DNA of 64,000 nucleotides, from the IMG/VR virus record IMGVR_UViG_3300030330_006573, positions 96,001 through 160,000 of that record; one strand, written 5' to 3'. Position 1 is the first letter of the stretch. The number at the start of each line of letters is the position of its first letter. Positions 48,715 to 57,681 of this stretch are shown here, piece by piece. The notes under the pieces were generated by a model. That model did not search any database. It was given only the letters and a program-made list of their open reading frames with translations, and was not told the DNA's origin. Origin of the DNA: a virus. Its lineage: Duplodnaviria; Caudoviricetes. The position numbers and the translations under genes were made by a program.

Positions 48715-49518
48715 GTGAAAAGAAAAATATTAATAATGGGACTACCTGGAGCAGGTAAAACTACCTTAGCTGAAAAGCTAGTTCCTAAACTTAACGCCGC
48801 TTGGTTTAATGCTGATGCAGTAAGACAGGATATTTATTCCGAACTAGGATTTGAACCTGAAGATCGGTTGAAACATGCCACAAGGATGGGTAAGCTTTGT
48901 GATTGGAGTAAAATGGGGGGATGCTATGTCATTGCAGATTTCATTTGCCCAACAAACGAGACGCGAAAAGCTTTCAACCCAGATTTTATAGTATGGATCA
49001 ACAGAATCGAAAAAGGTAGGTTTGAAGACACTAACAAACTTTTTGAAAAACCAGATAATCACGATATAGAATTGAACGAAGGTACTCCTGATGAGTGGTG
49101 CGAAATGGTTATTGAAAAACTTAATGAAACAGAAGCTTGGAATAATCAAGCTCCCACCGCATTACTAATAGGTAGATATCAACCATTCCATATTGGACAT
49201 AAAAATCTAGTAGCTGAAGCTATAAGGAGGACTGGCCAATGCTGTATCGCCATTAGAGATGTCGGCGGAATAGACGATAGCAATCCTTATGATTTTGAGA
49301 GAGTAAAAAAAGAAATATACTCTACATGCGTAGAATTTGGAAACAAAATAAAAGTAGTAGAACTTCCAAACATTACGGATGTATTCTATGGAAGAGGGGT
49401 TGGTTACAACATTGAACAATTAGAATTAAGCAAAGATCTTCAAGAAATTTCTGCCACAAAAATTAGAGAAGGTAAAATAGATCAAGAAGGCAATTTGTTA
49501 GGCAAAAGACCTGAATAA
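48715..49518 (+). CDS. adenylylsulfate kinase-like domain fused to a HIGH nucleotidyltransferase domain
   Basis: MGLPGAGKTT, NADAVR, ADFICP, FEKP; then GRYQPFHIGH and ISATKIR. Confidence 0.8.
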   Translation: MKRKILIMGLPGAGKTTLAEKLVPKLNAAWFNADAVRQDIYSELGFEPEDRLKHATRMGKLCDWSKMGGCYVIADFICPTNETRKAFNPDFIVWINRIEKGRFEDTNKLFEKPDNHDIELNEGTPDEWCEMVIEKLNETEAWNNQAPTALLIGRYQPFHIGHKNLVAEAIRRTGQCCIAIRDVGGIDDSNPYDFERVKKEIYSTCVEFGNKIKVVELPNITDVFYGRGVGYNIEQLELSKDLQEISATKIREGKIDQEGNLLGKRPE

Positions 49519-49519
49519 A

Positions 49520-50056
49520 ATGAATCTTTTATTCAATACTAAAACTTATTTGGTAGGGCATATGCAATACCTAAGTGGCAGAAATTGGAGGGAAGAAGTT
49601 GCAGAGAAACTATCTCCTCTTGGAATTACATGTTTTGATCCTTACAAAAAACCCTTTGTTAAGGATGTTGAGGAGGACGAAGAGTCAAGAGAGCAAATGA
49701 ACGCTTGGATGAACGAAGAAAGATATGACAAAGTTACTGAAAAAATGAAAATCATAAGGTCTTATGATTTAAATTTAGTAGATCGTAGTGACTTCATCGT
49801 AGCTCACCTTGTTCCTGATGTAGCCAGTTGGGGCAGTGCCGAAGAGTTAGTCACGGCAGTTAGAATGAAAAAACCAATCTTCATAAGTATGGAAGGGGGT
49901 AAATCTAAAACCCCCTTATGGATGCTTGGAATGCTCCCTCACAAATATATTTATAATAGTCTTGACGAAATCTTAAATATGCTGTATGCTATCGATAATG
50001 GTAAAAAACAAATAGACTCCGATAGATGGAGACTACTAAGAAAGGAATATCGATGA
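49520..50056 (+). CDS. nucleoside 2-deoxyribosyltransferase-like protein
   Basis: YLVGHM..WRE..FDP..DL..VDRSD..GSAEEL. Confidence 0.65.
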   Translation: MNLLFNTKTYLVGHMQYLSGRNWREEVAEKLSPLGITCFDPYKKPFVKDVEEDEESREQMNAWMNEERYDKVTEKMKIIRSYDLNLVDRSDFIVAHLVPDVASWGSAEELVTAVRMKKPIFISMEGGKSKTPLWMLGMLPHKYIYNSLDEILNMLYAIDNGKKQIDSDRWRLLRKEYR

Positions 50057-51285
50057 AATACACAATAACAATATTAAAATTAATCTCTTGCATTGCATTA
50101 TTTGGCAAAATGCCAGATCAAAAATTTAGAATTTGGAAAAATTCATTAGGTAATGAAATAAATGCAAAGCTTTTATCTGTAAATTCTGAAACAAAGTTTT
50201 CTATAGAGCTTGAAAATGGCAGGAAGTCTATCGTTAATTCTAAGTTTTTCTGCCAAAATGATCAAGAATTTATAAGATGGATGTACAGAACTAATCAAGG
50301 ATTAAAATATAAGTACCTTGACCCTTTTAATCTTGATAATGAAAAAGTTAGGAGATATAGGGAAAAAAATAGAGCTTTGTTTTTGACTGCAAATAAAAAC
50401 CCCCCTGACTATTGTGTCTGTCCTGCCACAAGAATATTGATGAAAGACACTAATATCTATGATTACGATTGTGTTTTAGAACAAAGACTTAAAAGGTGGC
50501 TTGATGTGATGCCATATTCTGGCGACAATTATTTAAAACTTTGTGTTTTTAGAGAGAACACAGGTAGTGGTCCGATGACTTCAGAAAATTTTGATTTAAT
50601 GATTTTAAGACCTAAATATATAGGGACTTCATTTCTTGCTAGAAATAAGGGGAGAGTTTTTCATACAGGCAGAGGTATTCCTCAGTACCACACAATCTAT
50701 ATCAAACTCAGAGAAAACGAAACAGTTAAAGACCTTTCTTATTTAAGAAATTTCTCAAATTTATTTTCAATTCAGATTGAAAATTGTCATGTAGAGGACT
50801 TATCTCCATTGAATGACTTGAAGTATTTAACGGAGTTGTGCTTAGACAATAACCTTATAACAGATATTAATATACTCTCCAAAAATGAAAATCTTTGGAA
50901 TGCCTCAGTTGCATATAATAATATTGATGCACTGCATAATATGTCTGATTTTAGAGACACTAGGCTTAAATACTTAAACATTTCTCATAATCCTTTAATT
51001 TCATCTAGAATTTTTGGGTTTCATTTAAGATCTTGGTCTAATAAATTCTGGGAAAATGAAAAAAGATGTGGGACTCTAAAAAATTATGGAACTATGTGGA
51101 CTGATGGTATTGATCTTTATAATCAATGTACCATTTTAAAAGAGTCTTTACCCGTAGCTTTGTCTGGAGGAGGTCAGCATTATTTTCATAATAATAAAGC
51201 TATAAATATAAGAGCTTTACCAAAAACTTTCATATTCTCTCATCACTCAGTTTTTGCAGGAATGAGAAAGCATTTGTATAATTAA
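50053..51285 (+). CDS. exported protein with SHD1-like domain and leucine-rich repeats
   Basis: Signal-like N-terminus; RIWKNSLGNEINAKLL...FCQNDQEFI; LRRs such as DLSPLNDLKYLTELCLDNNLITDI. Confidence 0.65.
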   Translation: MKYTITILKLISCIALFGKMPDQKFRIWKNSLGNEINAKLLSVNSETKFSIELENGRKSIVNSKFFCQNDQEFIRWMYRTNQGLKYKYLDPFNLDNEKVRRYREKNRALFLTANKNPPDYCVCPATRILMKDTNIYDYDCVLEQRLKRWLDVMPYSGDNYLKLCVFRENTGSGPMTSENFDLMILRPKYIGTSFLARNKGRVFHTGRGIPQYHTIYIKLRENETVKDLSYLRNFSNLFSIQIENCHVEDLSPLNDLKYLTELCLDNNLITDINILSKNENLWNASVAYNNIDALHNMSDFRDTRLKYLNISHNPLISSRIFGFHLRSWSNKFWENEKRCGTLKNYGTMWTDGIDLYNQCTILKESLPVALSGGGQHYFHNNKAINIRALPKTFIFSHHSVFAGMRKHLYN

Positions 51286-51744
51286 ATGATCATATATAAT
51301 AAAATATTTGTCTATTCCCCGCTTGAAAACTTATTTGCCCAGAGATTTCTGGATTCTGTTGGAGTAAAGTATATAAATTATAATTTTTCTTCTCAAGAAT
51401 ATTTTAAATACCCTCCTCTATATCACTTTTCTAGTTGCGATGTCTTTTTATTTAATAAAATTAATTCGTTAATTGAACATATTCCTTCGTTTAAGAAGCA
51501 TTACCCAAAAAGTTTTTATCTTTCTTTTTATTCTAGAAATGATCCTATACATCTAAATCGCTCTATTTTTTACAATACATCCAATGCAAAAAAAAATTTA
51601 GTAGATTCTCACCTGTTAAGATTGCCATCTCAAAGGTTTAATATACCTAATAAGGTTGATATTTCCGAAATAAACTCAAAAGAAAGTGCTTTTTTCTCTG
51701 ATGAAAAATCTTTTAGAGATTTATTCCCATTTGAAAGTGTTTAA
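51286..51744 (+). CDS. hypothetical protein
   Basis: ORF only. Confidence 0.55.
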   Translation: MIIYNKIFVYSPLENLFAQRFLDSVGVKYINYNFSSQEYFKYPPLYHFSSCDVFLFNKINSLIEHIPSFKKHYPKSFYLSFYSRNDPIHLNRSIFYNTSNAKKNLVDSHLLRLPSQRFNIPNKVDISEINSKESAFFSDEKSFRDLFPFESV

Positions 51745-52032
51745 TTTATTAATAATTTCTTGATAATTTGAATAAGATATCCTAGAAACAATTATATTTG
51801 CTCTTGAACTTCTTAAAGACAATCCTAATTCAGTCCTTGGTCTTACCATATCTAAAACATAATCCCAAGCACATCTATCTTTTAACCATTTGTAATAAAA
51901 ATCTCTTTCTTTTTTAGGACATTCTATGACAACATCTTTTTCCAAAAAACAAGTAGAATATAAAGTTATATCCCTAAACAAAGACACCTCACTTGGTGGT
52001 GCTGTTAGTTCCGCATCTATTATTAATAACAC
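51721..52032 (-). CDS. hypothetical protein
   Basis: GTG at 52032 chosen because the GTGTA motif lies 16 nt upstream and it avoids overlap with 52051. Confidence 0.6.
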   Translation of the reverse strand: MLLIIDAELTAPPSEVSLFRDITLYSTCFLEKDVVIECPKKERDFYYKWLKDRCAWDYVLDMVRPRTELGLSLRSSRANIIVSRISYSNYQEIINKLNTFKWE

Positions 52033-52048
52033 ATTTAATATATACACT
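52033..52048 (-). promoter_or_regulatory. GTGTAW motif (putative phage promoter)
   Basis: Minus strand AGTGTATATATTAAAT directly before GTG. Confidence 0.55.
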
Positions 52049-52050
52049 AA

Positions 52051-52566
52051 ATGAGTTTTAAGCACGAACTTGATAATAGAGGCTCTTCAGAGATAGGTTC
52101 TAAATCTGAAAGAAAATTTATGGGTATTGCTGGTAAAAGGGGCTTCCTTGTATCAAAATCAACAAAAAAAGAAAACAAACTAGGTGTAGATATTTGGCTC
52201 CAAAAAAATAACATTAAAAAAGGATTTGATGTAAAAGCTAGGAAAAAACTCTCTGCAAGAGACAAAGACTATAATGATTATTGGACTTTAGTTGAGTATA
52301 GAAATGAGTATGGCTATGATGGTTGGCTATTAAAAAATGCTGACTATATAGCCTTTGAGAAAGAGTTTTATTATTTAATTGTTGACAGAATATCTCTACT
52401 TAACTTATGCGACAGGATAATAAATAAAGATAAAGAGTATGCCAAAACAAACAAAGACTCTAAGTACATTCTTTATAATAGAAAGAAGCAAGAACTTACT
52501 TCTTTAATAAAAACATCTGATATTTTATCTTTAAACAGGTGCGAAAAGTGGCTCAAAAACCCCTAA
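52051..52566 (+). CDS. PD-(D/E)XK nuclease-like protein
   Basis: G..SE..F, GVDIWL, FDVKARK, GWL..ADYIAF. Confidence 0.6.
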   Translation: MSFKHELDNRGSSEIGSKSERKFMGIAGKRGFLVSKSTKKENKLGVDIWLQKNNIKKGFDVKARKKLSARDKDYNDYWTLVEYRNEYGYDGWLLKNADYIAFEKEFYYLIVDRISLLNLCDRIINKDKEYAKTNKDSKYILYNRKKQELTSLIKTSDILSLNRCEKWLKNP

Positions 52567-52577
52567 ATTTTAAAACA

Positions 52578-52593
52578 AGTGTAATGTATATTT
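52578..52593 (+). promoter_or_regulatory. GTGTAW motif (putative phage promoter)
   Basis: AGTGTAATGTATATTT upstream of ATG at 52604. Confidence 0.5.
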
Positions 52594-52603
52594 ATCGCAA
52601 ATT

Positions 52604-52828
52604 ATGGATTTTGATGAACAAACAGATGCCTTTAGATTTGATCTAGATGTCTTATGTGAAAGGTATTTGGGCGAATTTGATATAAATGTTTTTACAGAAA
52701 TTGGTTGTTTAAGAGAAAAAAAACTTGAATTAATAAAACTACAGCGTATTATAGAAGATAAGATGAACGACCTTACAGGTGAAGATATACATTTTGAAGT
52801 CGATGAAGACTTCTTTTCCGAAGAATAA
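52604..52828 (+). CDS. small acidic hypothetical protein
   Basis: 74-aa ORF. Confidence 0.6.
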   Translation: MDFDEQTDAFRFDLDVLCERYLGEFDINVFTEIGCLREKKLELIKLQRIIEDKMNDLTGEDIHFEVDEDFFSEE

Positions 52829-52880
52829 TTTTTAAGCGAGTTTTACTTGCATTATTTTTTTTATTAATCCTAATAATAAT

Positions 52881-53531
52881 ATGAATACTAAATTAAGTAT
52901 TATGGCATTTATTTGCCTATTTACTAACGCCGCATCCGCAAATACGGGTTCCCTATCTGCAGGTTATGCTTCCGACTATTTTAGAGAAGGAGCTATGATC
53001 GCAGGAGAGTCAGTTACAGCTGGAGTTGATTATAGCATGAGTGCTGGAGATAGCTTAGAGCTTTCTGTTGGCGCAGCTACAAATCAGTCAGTTTCATCTG
53101 GATCTGATGCATACCTGATTTCTGTTGGTGCCTCAAAACAGTGGTCTGATTTGATCGGAACATATCTTGGGGTTGAACATTTCGAGCTTGTCTCTGGCGA
53201 TGCAGCTCTAGATGTCGAGCTTAAGGTTGATGTTTCTGTTCCTTTCAACCCAACGCTTTTGGTTGCAAGAAATACGGATGAAACCCTCTATACTGTTGAG
53301 GTTGGTGTTAGCCACTCTTTGGAATTAGAGCCTATTAATCTTGATTTCTCTGCAAGTTATGGTAATGCAGATGTATCCACATCTTCTGATATTGACTATT
53401 GGACTTTGGGGGCATCTACATTCAAGTCTCTTTCAGAAAATTCCGACTTGTCTCTTGATTACGATTATGTCGATTCCGATCTTGTAGACGGAGAATCTAT
53501 CGTTGGAGTCTCATTAACAGTATCATTTTAA
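52881..53531 (+). CDS. outer-membrane beta-barrel/porin (TorF/Gcw_chp-like)
   Basis: Signal peptide ending ASA, SDYFREG (SDY.FRG-like), alternating beta strands, C-terminal Phe (VGVSLTVSF). Confidence 0.7.
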   Translation: MNTKLSIMAFICLFTNAASANTGSLSAGYASDYFREGAMIAGESVTAGVDYSMSAGDSLELSVGAATNQSVSSGSDAYLISVGASKQWSDLIGTYLGVEHFELVSGDAALDVELKVDVSVPFNPTLLVARNTDETLYTVEVGVSHSLELEPINLDFSASYGNADVSTSSDIDYWTLGASTFKSLSENSDLSLDYDYVDSDLVDGESIVGVSLTVSF

Positions 53532-53551
53532 TCTAACCCATAAATTATATT

Positions 53552-53803
53552 ATGAAAGAAGTAGTAGAAAAAGTAAAAAGTGCCATTTGTGGCATTAGCG
53601 CCGTACTCCTCTCCGTTATCGGATTGCTTGTACTTTCCCAAGTTGTTTTTGGTGAGAATGCAGGTATTGACGTTATTGGAAATCTGCAGGGTATTGTAAA
53701 TGGCTTTGTTGGGCCAGGAGCAAGTCTTGCTGGAGTCATTACCCTAGTTCTGATTGTCTCCCTTTTGGGCAGTCAAGGGTCTTGCTCGTCCTCCAAGAAG
53801 TAG
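53552..53803 (+). CDS. small two-TM membrane protein
   Basis: Two hydrophobic helices; lies between the porin gene and a terminator. Confidence 0.75.
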   Translation: MKEVVEKVKSAICGISAVLLSVIGLLVLSQVVFGENAGIDVIGNLQGIVNGFVGPGASLAGVITLVLIVSLLGSQGSCSSSKK

Positions 53804-53826
53804 TTTTACTAAGTCTTGGAATTGTG

Positions 53827-53857
53827 AAGCTCCCCAGAAATGGGGAGCTTTTTTTTT
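53827..53857 (+). terminator. Rho-independent terminator
   Basis: AAGCTCCCCA-GAAA-TGGGGAGCTT perfect 10-bp stem with GNRA loop, followed by a T-run. Confidence 0.9.
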
Positions 53858-53867
53858 GAAAAAATAC

Positions 53868-53896
53868 TTGATTTTCTTGATAAAATACTTTACTAT
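53868..53896 (+). promoter_or_regulatory. sigma70-like promoter, probably leaderless
   Basis: TTGATT-17-TACTAT, then 6 nt to in-frame GTG at 53903. Confidence 0.55.
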
Positions 53897-53902
53897 ATTA
53901 TA

Positions 53903-54406
53903 GTGAAGATAAAAAAGGATTTATATGTAGTATACTATACTCTTATTTTAGATAAGACTTTTAATTACAAGTCTATCATCAAAGGTAGTAGTGAAGCGGA
54001 GGTCAAGACGACATTATCTTCAAAGATTGGAAGGGAGTTTATAGTTTACGAATTAAAAAACATTAGAGTTTATCTAATTAATAGAAATAATTACAAAGGT
54101 AGGAAGTTGTCTGACAAACAAATTGATATTCTCGAAAAAATATCTTACCCAAATGGCAAGCACAAGTTATATAAATTCCAAAAAGATCAGTGGTTTAAAT
54201 CAGATAATAGGAGGAGAAACAAAAATGGAACATTCAAAAAAGGTTTCACCCCTTGGAATAAAGATTTAAAATTAAAAATTATTAAAAAAAATTCCTCTGG
54301 TCACTTTTGTAAATCTAGAGATGATTCAGGAAAGTTTTTAGATGGAACTAAGCCTCTTATTGTTGGTTCTAAAAATAAAATAAAAAATGAAGAGGAAGCT
54401 GAATAA
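53903..54406 (+). CDS. basic protein, paralog of 57243 and 58395, with NUMOD-like C-terminal motifs
   Basis: The track start at 53840 lies inside the terminator, so GTG at 53903 is preferred. GTFKKGFTPWNK and RDDSGKF motifs. Confidence 0.6.
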   Translation: MKIKKDLYVVYYTLILDKTFNYKSIIKGSSEAEVKTTLSSKIGREFIVYELKNIRVYLINRNNYKGRKLSDKQIDILEKISYPNGKHKLYKFQKDQWFKSDNRRRNKNGTFKKGFTPWNKDLKLKIIKKNSSGHFCKSRDDSGKFLDGTKPLIVGSKNKIKNEEEAE

Positions 54407-54983
54407 TCTCCGAAGAAAAGAAGACATTTTAAGGCTTAGAAAAGAAGGTAAGACTTATAATGAAATACAAGAGGAGCTAGGAGTTTCAAAATCTGTAATA
54501 TCATATCATTGTGGAGAAGGTTCTGAAAAAAAGAGGGTAAAGGAAAGAAACTCAACTATAATTCATAAATTGACAAAAAAAGTATGCGCATTTAAAGCTA
54601 GGTGTTCTAGGGTTAACTACCACACATTTAGAACCAAAATAAAAACTTTTAAAAAACGAAAGCGGAGAAATAGAACGCATGCATTTGTCAATAATGTTTC
54701 AAAAAACTTTTCAGTTAAAGATGTTATTAAAAAAATAGGGCCAAATCCTAGATGCTATTTAACAGGAAAAAAAATTGATATAAATAAGCCAGATACATAT
54801 CATTTTGATCACATAATACCCACATCAAAAGGGGGAACTAACGATTTAGATAATCTTGGGATATGCACAAAGCAAGCTAATTATGCAAAAAATGATTTAA
54901 GCATTAAAGAGCTTTATAAACTTTGCGAAGCAATATTAAAGTGGAGAGATGAAAAAAAGTCTAGCAAAGACTCATCTATTTAA
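54387..54983 (+). CDS. HNH endonuclease with N-terminal HTH
   Basis: GKTYNEIQEELGVSKSVISYH; CYLTG..FDHIIPTSKGGTNDLDNL....AN..K. Confidence 0.85.
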   Translation: MKRKLNNLRRKEDILRLRKEGKTYNEIQEELGVSKSVISYHCGEGSEKKRVKERNSTIIHKLTKKVCAFKARCSRVNYHTFRTKIKTFKKRKRRNRTHAFVNNVSKNFSVKDVIKKIGPNPRCYLTGKKIDINKPDTYHFDHIIPTSKGGTNDLDNLGICTKQANYAKNDLSIKELYKLCEAILKWRDEKKSSKDSSI

Positions 54984-55365
54984 AGATTGTTCTCATATAT
55001 TTGAAGATCTCCTTGAGTCTTTTAACGAAAAATACTCAAAATCTTTAGTAGTCAAGGGCAGTGGGGTTTCTAAATCTTTAGAATCAATACAGCTTGATTT
55101 CTTAAAGTATGATTCCATAAATCCTTTAAAATTATTCTATTGCAAAAAACTCACACGAGAACTTAAAGACCATATTATTGATATTAAATGTTTAACTGAT
55201 GAACGTTTAGTTTACGATTGTAAAATATATTTTATACCATCTAACAAAATGAAAGGATTTTATATGATTCAAAAAAATTTTTTTCCTATTACTCCCAAGT
55301 TTAAGTTTCACATATGGTCTTTGGATGACCGAAGGATTCTTGACTTCGACAAACATTGGTTATAA
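54949..55365 (+). CDS. hypothetical protein
   Basis: ORF only. Confidence 0.5.
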   Translation: MKKSLAKTHLFKDCSHIFEDLLESFNEKYSKSLVVKGSGVSKSLESIQLDFLKYDSINPLKLFYCKKLTRELKDHIIDIKCLTDERLVYDCKIYFIPSNKMKGFYMIQKNFFPITPKFKFHIWSLDDRRILDFDKHWL

Positions 55366-55439
55366 TTTTTCTTGACAAAAAAATTTTTTTTGATATGGTA
55401 GGGGGGATGTTCGAATCCTTGCTGAGTTCCAAGTTCTAA

Positions 55440-56492
55440 ATGAAAGCTTTATCTTTATTCTCAAATGTAGGTTTTGGTGAAATATATCTCAAGGATATAG
55501 GCATAGATATTTGTGTTGCTAATGAATTGCATGAAGATAGATGTGATATGTATAAAGACCTTCATCCAAATACAAATGTTATTTGCGGAGATATAACCAA
55601 AAAATCGATTAAAGATGAAATTTATACAACGTGCTTGGACGAGGAAATAAATTTGATTATAGCAACTCCTCCATGTCAAGGCATGAGTGTTGCTAATGCA
55701 AAGAGATTACATGATGATCCTAGAAACTCTTTGATAGTTCATGCAATGGACACCTTTAATCAAATAAAGCCAAATTATATGTTGATAGAGAATGTTGCAG
55801 GTATGGCTAATACTTGGATAAATATAGACGGAGAAGTAATTAATATAATTAAATATATAGAATCTAGACTCCCAAAACCTTGGTCAATGAATTACAAGAC
55901 ATTAAATGCAGAGAACTATAATACACCTCAATCAAGAAAAAGATTTATAGGCTTAATATCCAAAAATGGCACATGGAAGCATCCAGAACCTAATAAAAAT
56001 TTAATTACAGTTAGAGATGCGATAGGACATCTACCTTCTTTAGAATCTGGAAGATCAAGTTCAATACCTTGGCATTATGCAAAAAAACATAATCCTCATC
56101 ATATAATTTGGATGAAGAGTACTCCAACAGGTCAAACTGCATTTAATAATAAAATTCATTACCCTAAAAAAGATGGAAGAAGGATTAAAGGGTTTATGAC
56201 TACTTATAAGAGGATAGATTGGGACAAACCTTCTCCTACTGTTACAATGTGCAATGGAGCTGTATCTAGTCAAAATAATGTACATCCAGGAAAATTACTC
56301 GCTGATGGAACTTATTCTGATGCAAGAGTGATGTCGGTTGAAGAATTATCTATTTTATGTGGATTACCTTCTCAATTTTTAAATAAATTTAAAAATAAAT
56401 ATTCAGAGGGGTTTATTAGGAAGGTTTTGGGAGAATGCTTTCCTCCAACTATGAGTTTAGAAATATTAAAACAAATAAAAGATGAAGATTAA
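55440..56492 (+). CDS. dcm: C5 cytosine DNA methyltransferase
   Basis: SLFSNVG, TPPCQG, IENV, PQSRKR, RVMSVEE. Confidence 0.9.
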   Translation: MKALSLFSNVGFGEIYLKDIGIDICVANELHEDRCDMYKDLHPNTNVICGDITKKSIKDEIYTTCLDEEINLIIATPPCQGMSVANAKRLHDDPRNSLIVHAMDTFNQIKPNYMLIENVAGMANTWINIDGEVINIIKYIESRLPKPWSMNYKTLNAENYNTPQSRKRFIGLISKNGTWKHPEPNKNLITVRDAIGHLPSLESGRSSSIPWHYAKKHNPHHIIWMKSTPTGQTAFNNKIHYPKKDGRRIKGFMTTYKRIDWDKPSPTVTMCNGAVSSQNNVHPGKLLADGTYSDARVMSVEELSILCGLPSQFLNKFKNKYSEGFIRKVLGECFPPTMSLEILKQIKDED

Positions 56493-56757
56493 AAAAGAAT
56501 TGAAGTATGCAACTTTCGAGTATGACGAAGAAACAAAAAAGTTTCTAGTTATAGATACTGAAGACGGTGGAGTCGTGGAACTTAATAAGATTTATGCATT
56601 TGCATTTATGCGTTTTGTCATCCGTATGGCTCAAAGAAATTGGCTTAGGCAAAATAAAGGAAAAAAAATTCTTGACAAAGAGGACGAAATTGTGTTAGGG
56701 TTGGAGGTAGATAGCGAAAAAATACATGAGAACCAAATGAATCTTTTTAACGACTAA
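56482..56757 (+). CDS. hypothetical protein
   Basis: ORF overlapping the dcm stop. Confidence 0.6.
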   Translation: MKIKKELKYATFEYDEETKKFLVIDTEDGGVVELNKIYAFAFMRFVIRMAQRNWLRQNKGKKILDKEDEIVLGLEVDSEKIHENQMNLFND

Positions 56758-56762
56758 TAAAT

Positions 56763-57011
56763 ATGAAAAATATAAAAAGAAAAAATATAATACAACTAGT
56801 GTTACATAATGATAAATTCGCCGCGCTGTCTTCTAGCGAGGTAGTGCTTGCTGGAGACGAAGACGAGTTCTTTTATGAAGGCACTAACGAAGCTGTTCCC
56901 TTTGGTGAGCCTATTGGGTTAGATATTCCTAATCCTGCCACAAGAGAAATTAAACTTGTTTTATTTAAAAATATTTATTGGAACCCTTTGGAGGACAACT
57001 GCAATGAGTGA
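56763..57011 (+). CDS. hypothetical protein
   Basis: ORF only. Confidence 0.55.
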   Translation: MKNIKRKNIIQLVLHNDKFAALSSSEVVLAGDEDEFFYEGTNEAVPFGEPIGLDIPNPATREIKLVLFKNIYWNPLEDNCNE

Positions 57012-57243
57012 GATCAGTAATGCTACTTTAGAATATATATTTAATAAGTTTATTCCATATCTACTTATATTTATACTTTTATTTACTAATTTTAATCTTA
57101 CAGATTTTGAGCCTTGGGTCATAAGCTGTCTCATATTTTTTATAGATAAATATGCATTCAAGATTGGCAGGTCAGTTGGTGAATACGAAAATAACCCCGT
57201 TTTTAAACAGGAAGTTGATGAAAGCTTTGATAAAGAGGACTAA
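57004..57243 (+). CDS. small membrane protein
   Basis: Two hydrophobic stretches; ATG at 57004 preferred. Confidence 0.55.
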   Translation: MSEISNATLEYIFNKFIPYLLIFILLFTNFNLTDFEPWVISCLIFFIDKYAFKIGRSVGEYENNPVFKQEVDESFDKED

Positions 57244-57680
57244 TGAATAATTATTTACAACCAAAAACTAAAAATCCTAGAAAATTGCAAAAATGGTTTA
57301 GGAGTAAAAAATGGGGAATAGATCAGTATTGGAAAATTACATATACTTTGTATGCAAATAACTTAGAGGAAAAAGATTATATTTCAGTAATAAAAGCTAG
57401 GTCTTATGATTTAGCCCAAAATCTTCTATGCAACAAAATCAAGAGAGATTCCCCTCAATTTAATATAAAAAATATTAAAGGCTATATGTTTCATAAAGAT
57501 TTCAATTTTAATAGATCAAAGTCAAAACTAGAGAATTTAATTAATATTAAAGATTGGCAAAACATAAGGAATTGTGCATTTCCAAATGAAAACGACCATC
57601 TTTTCAAAATGGTTACATCAATTAGATCTGAAAAAGAGATCTTAGAGAGAAACGAAGAAAAACTTAAAAATTTACTTTAA
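57243..57680 (+). CDS. unknown-domain protein (cassette copy 1)
   Basis: DQYWKITYT..IKARSYD.A..IKGYMFH..W..I....FPN..LFK, shared with 58395. Confidence 0.7.
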   Translation: MNNYLQPKTKNPRKLQKWFRSKKWGIDQYWKITYTLYANNLEEKDYISVIKARSYDLAQNLLCNKIKRDSPQFNIKNIKGYMFHKDFNFNRSKSKLENLINIKDWQNIRNCAFPNENDHLFKMVTSIRSEKEILERNEEKLKNLL

Positions 57681-57681
57681 C

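Noticed and set aside
53840-53902. Track N-terminus MGSFFFEK...
   Set aside because: It starts inside the terminator hairpin and spans a promoter; GTG at 53903 is the better start.
52051-56492. Type II restriction-modification pair formed by dcm and a nearby nuclease
   Set aside because: The PD-(D/E)XK and HNH genes are not adjacent to dcm and look like common stand-alone phage nucleases; an orphan methylase is the simpler reading.
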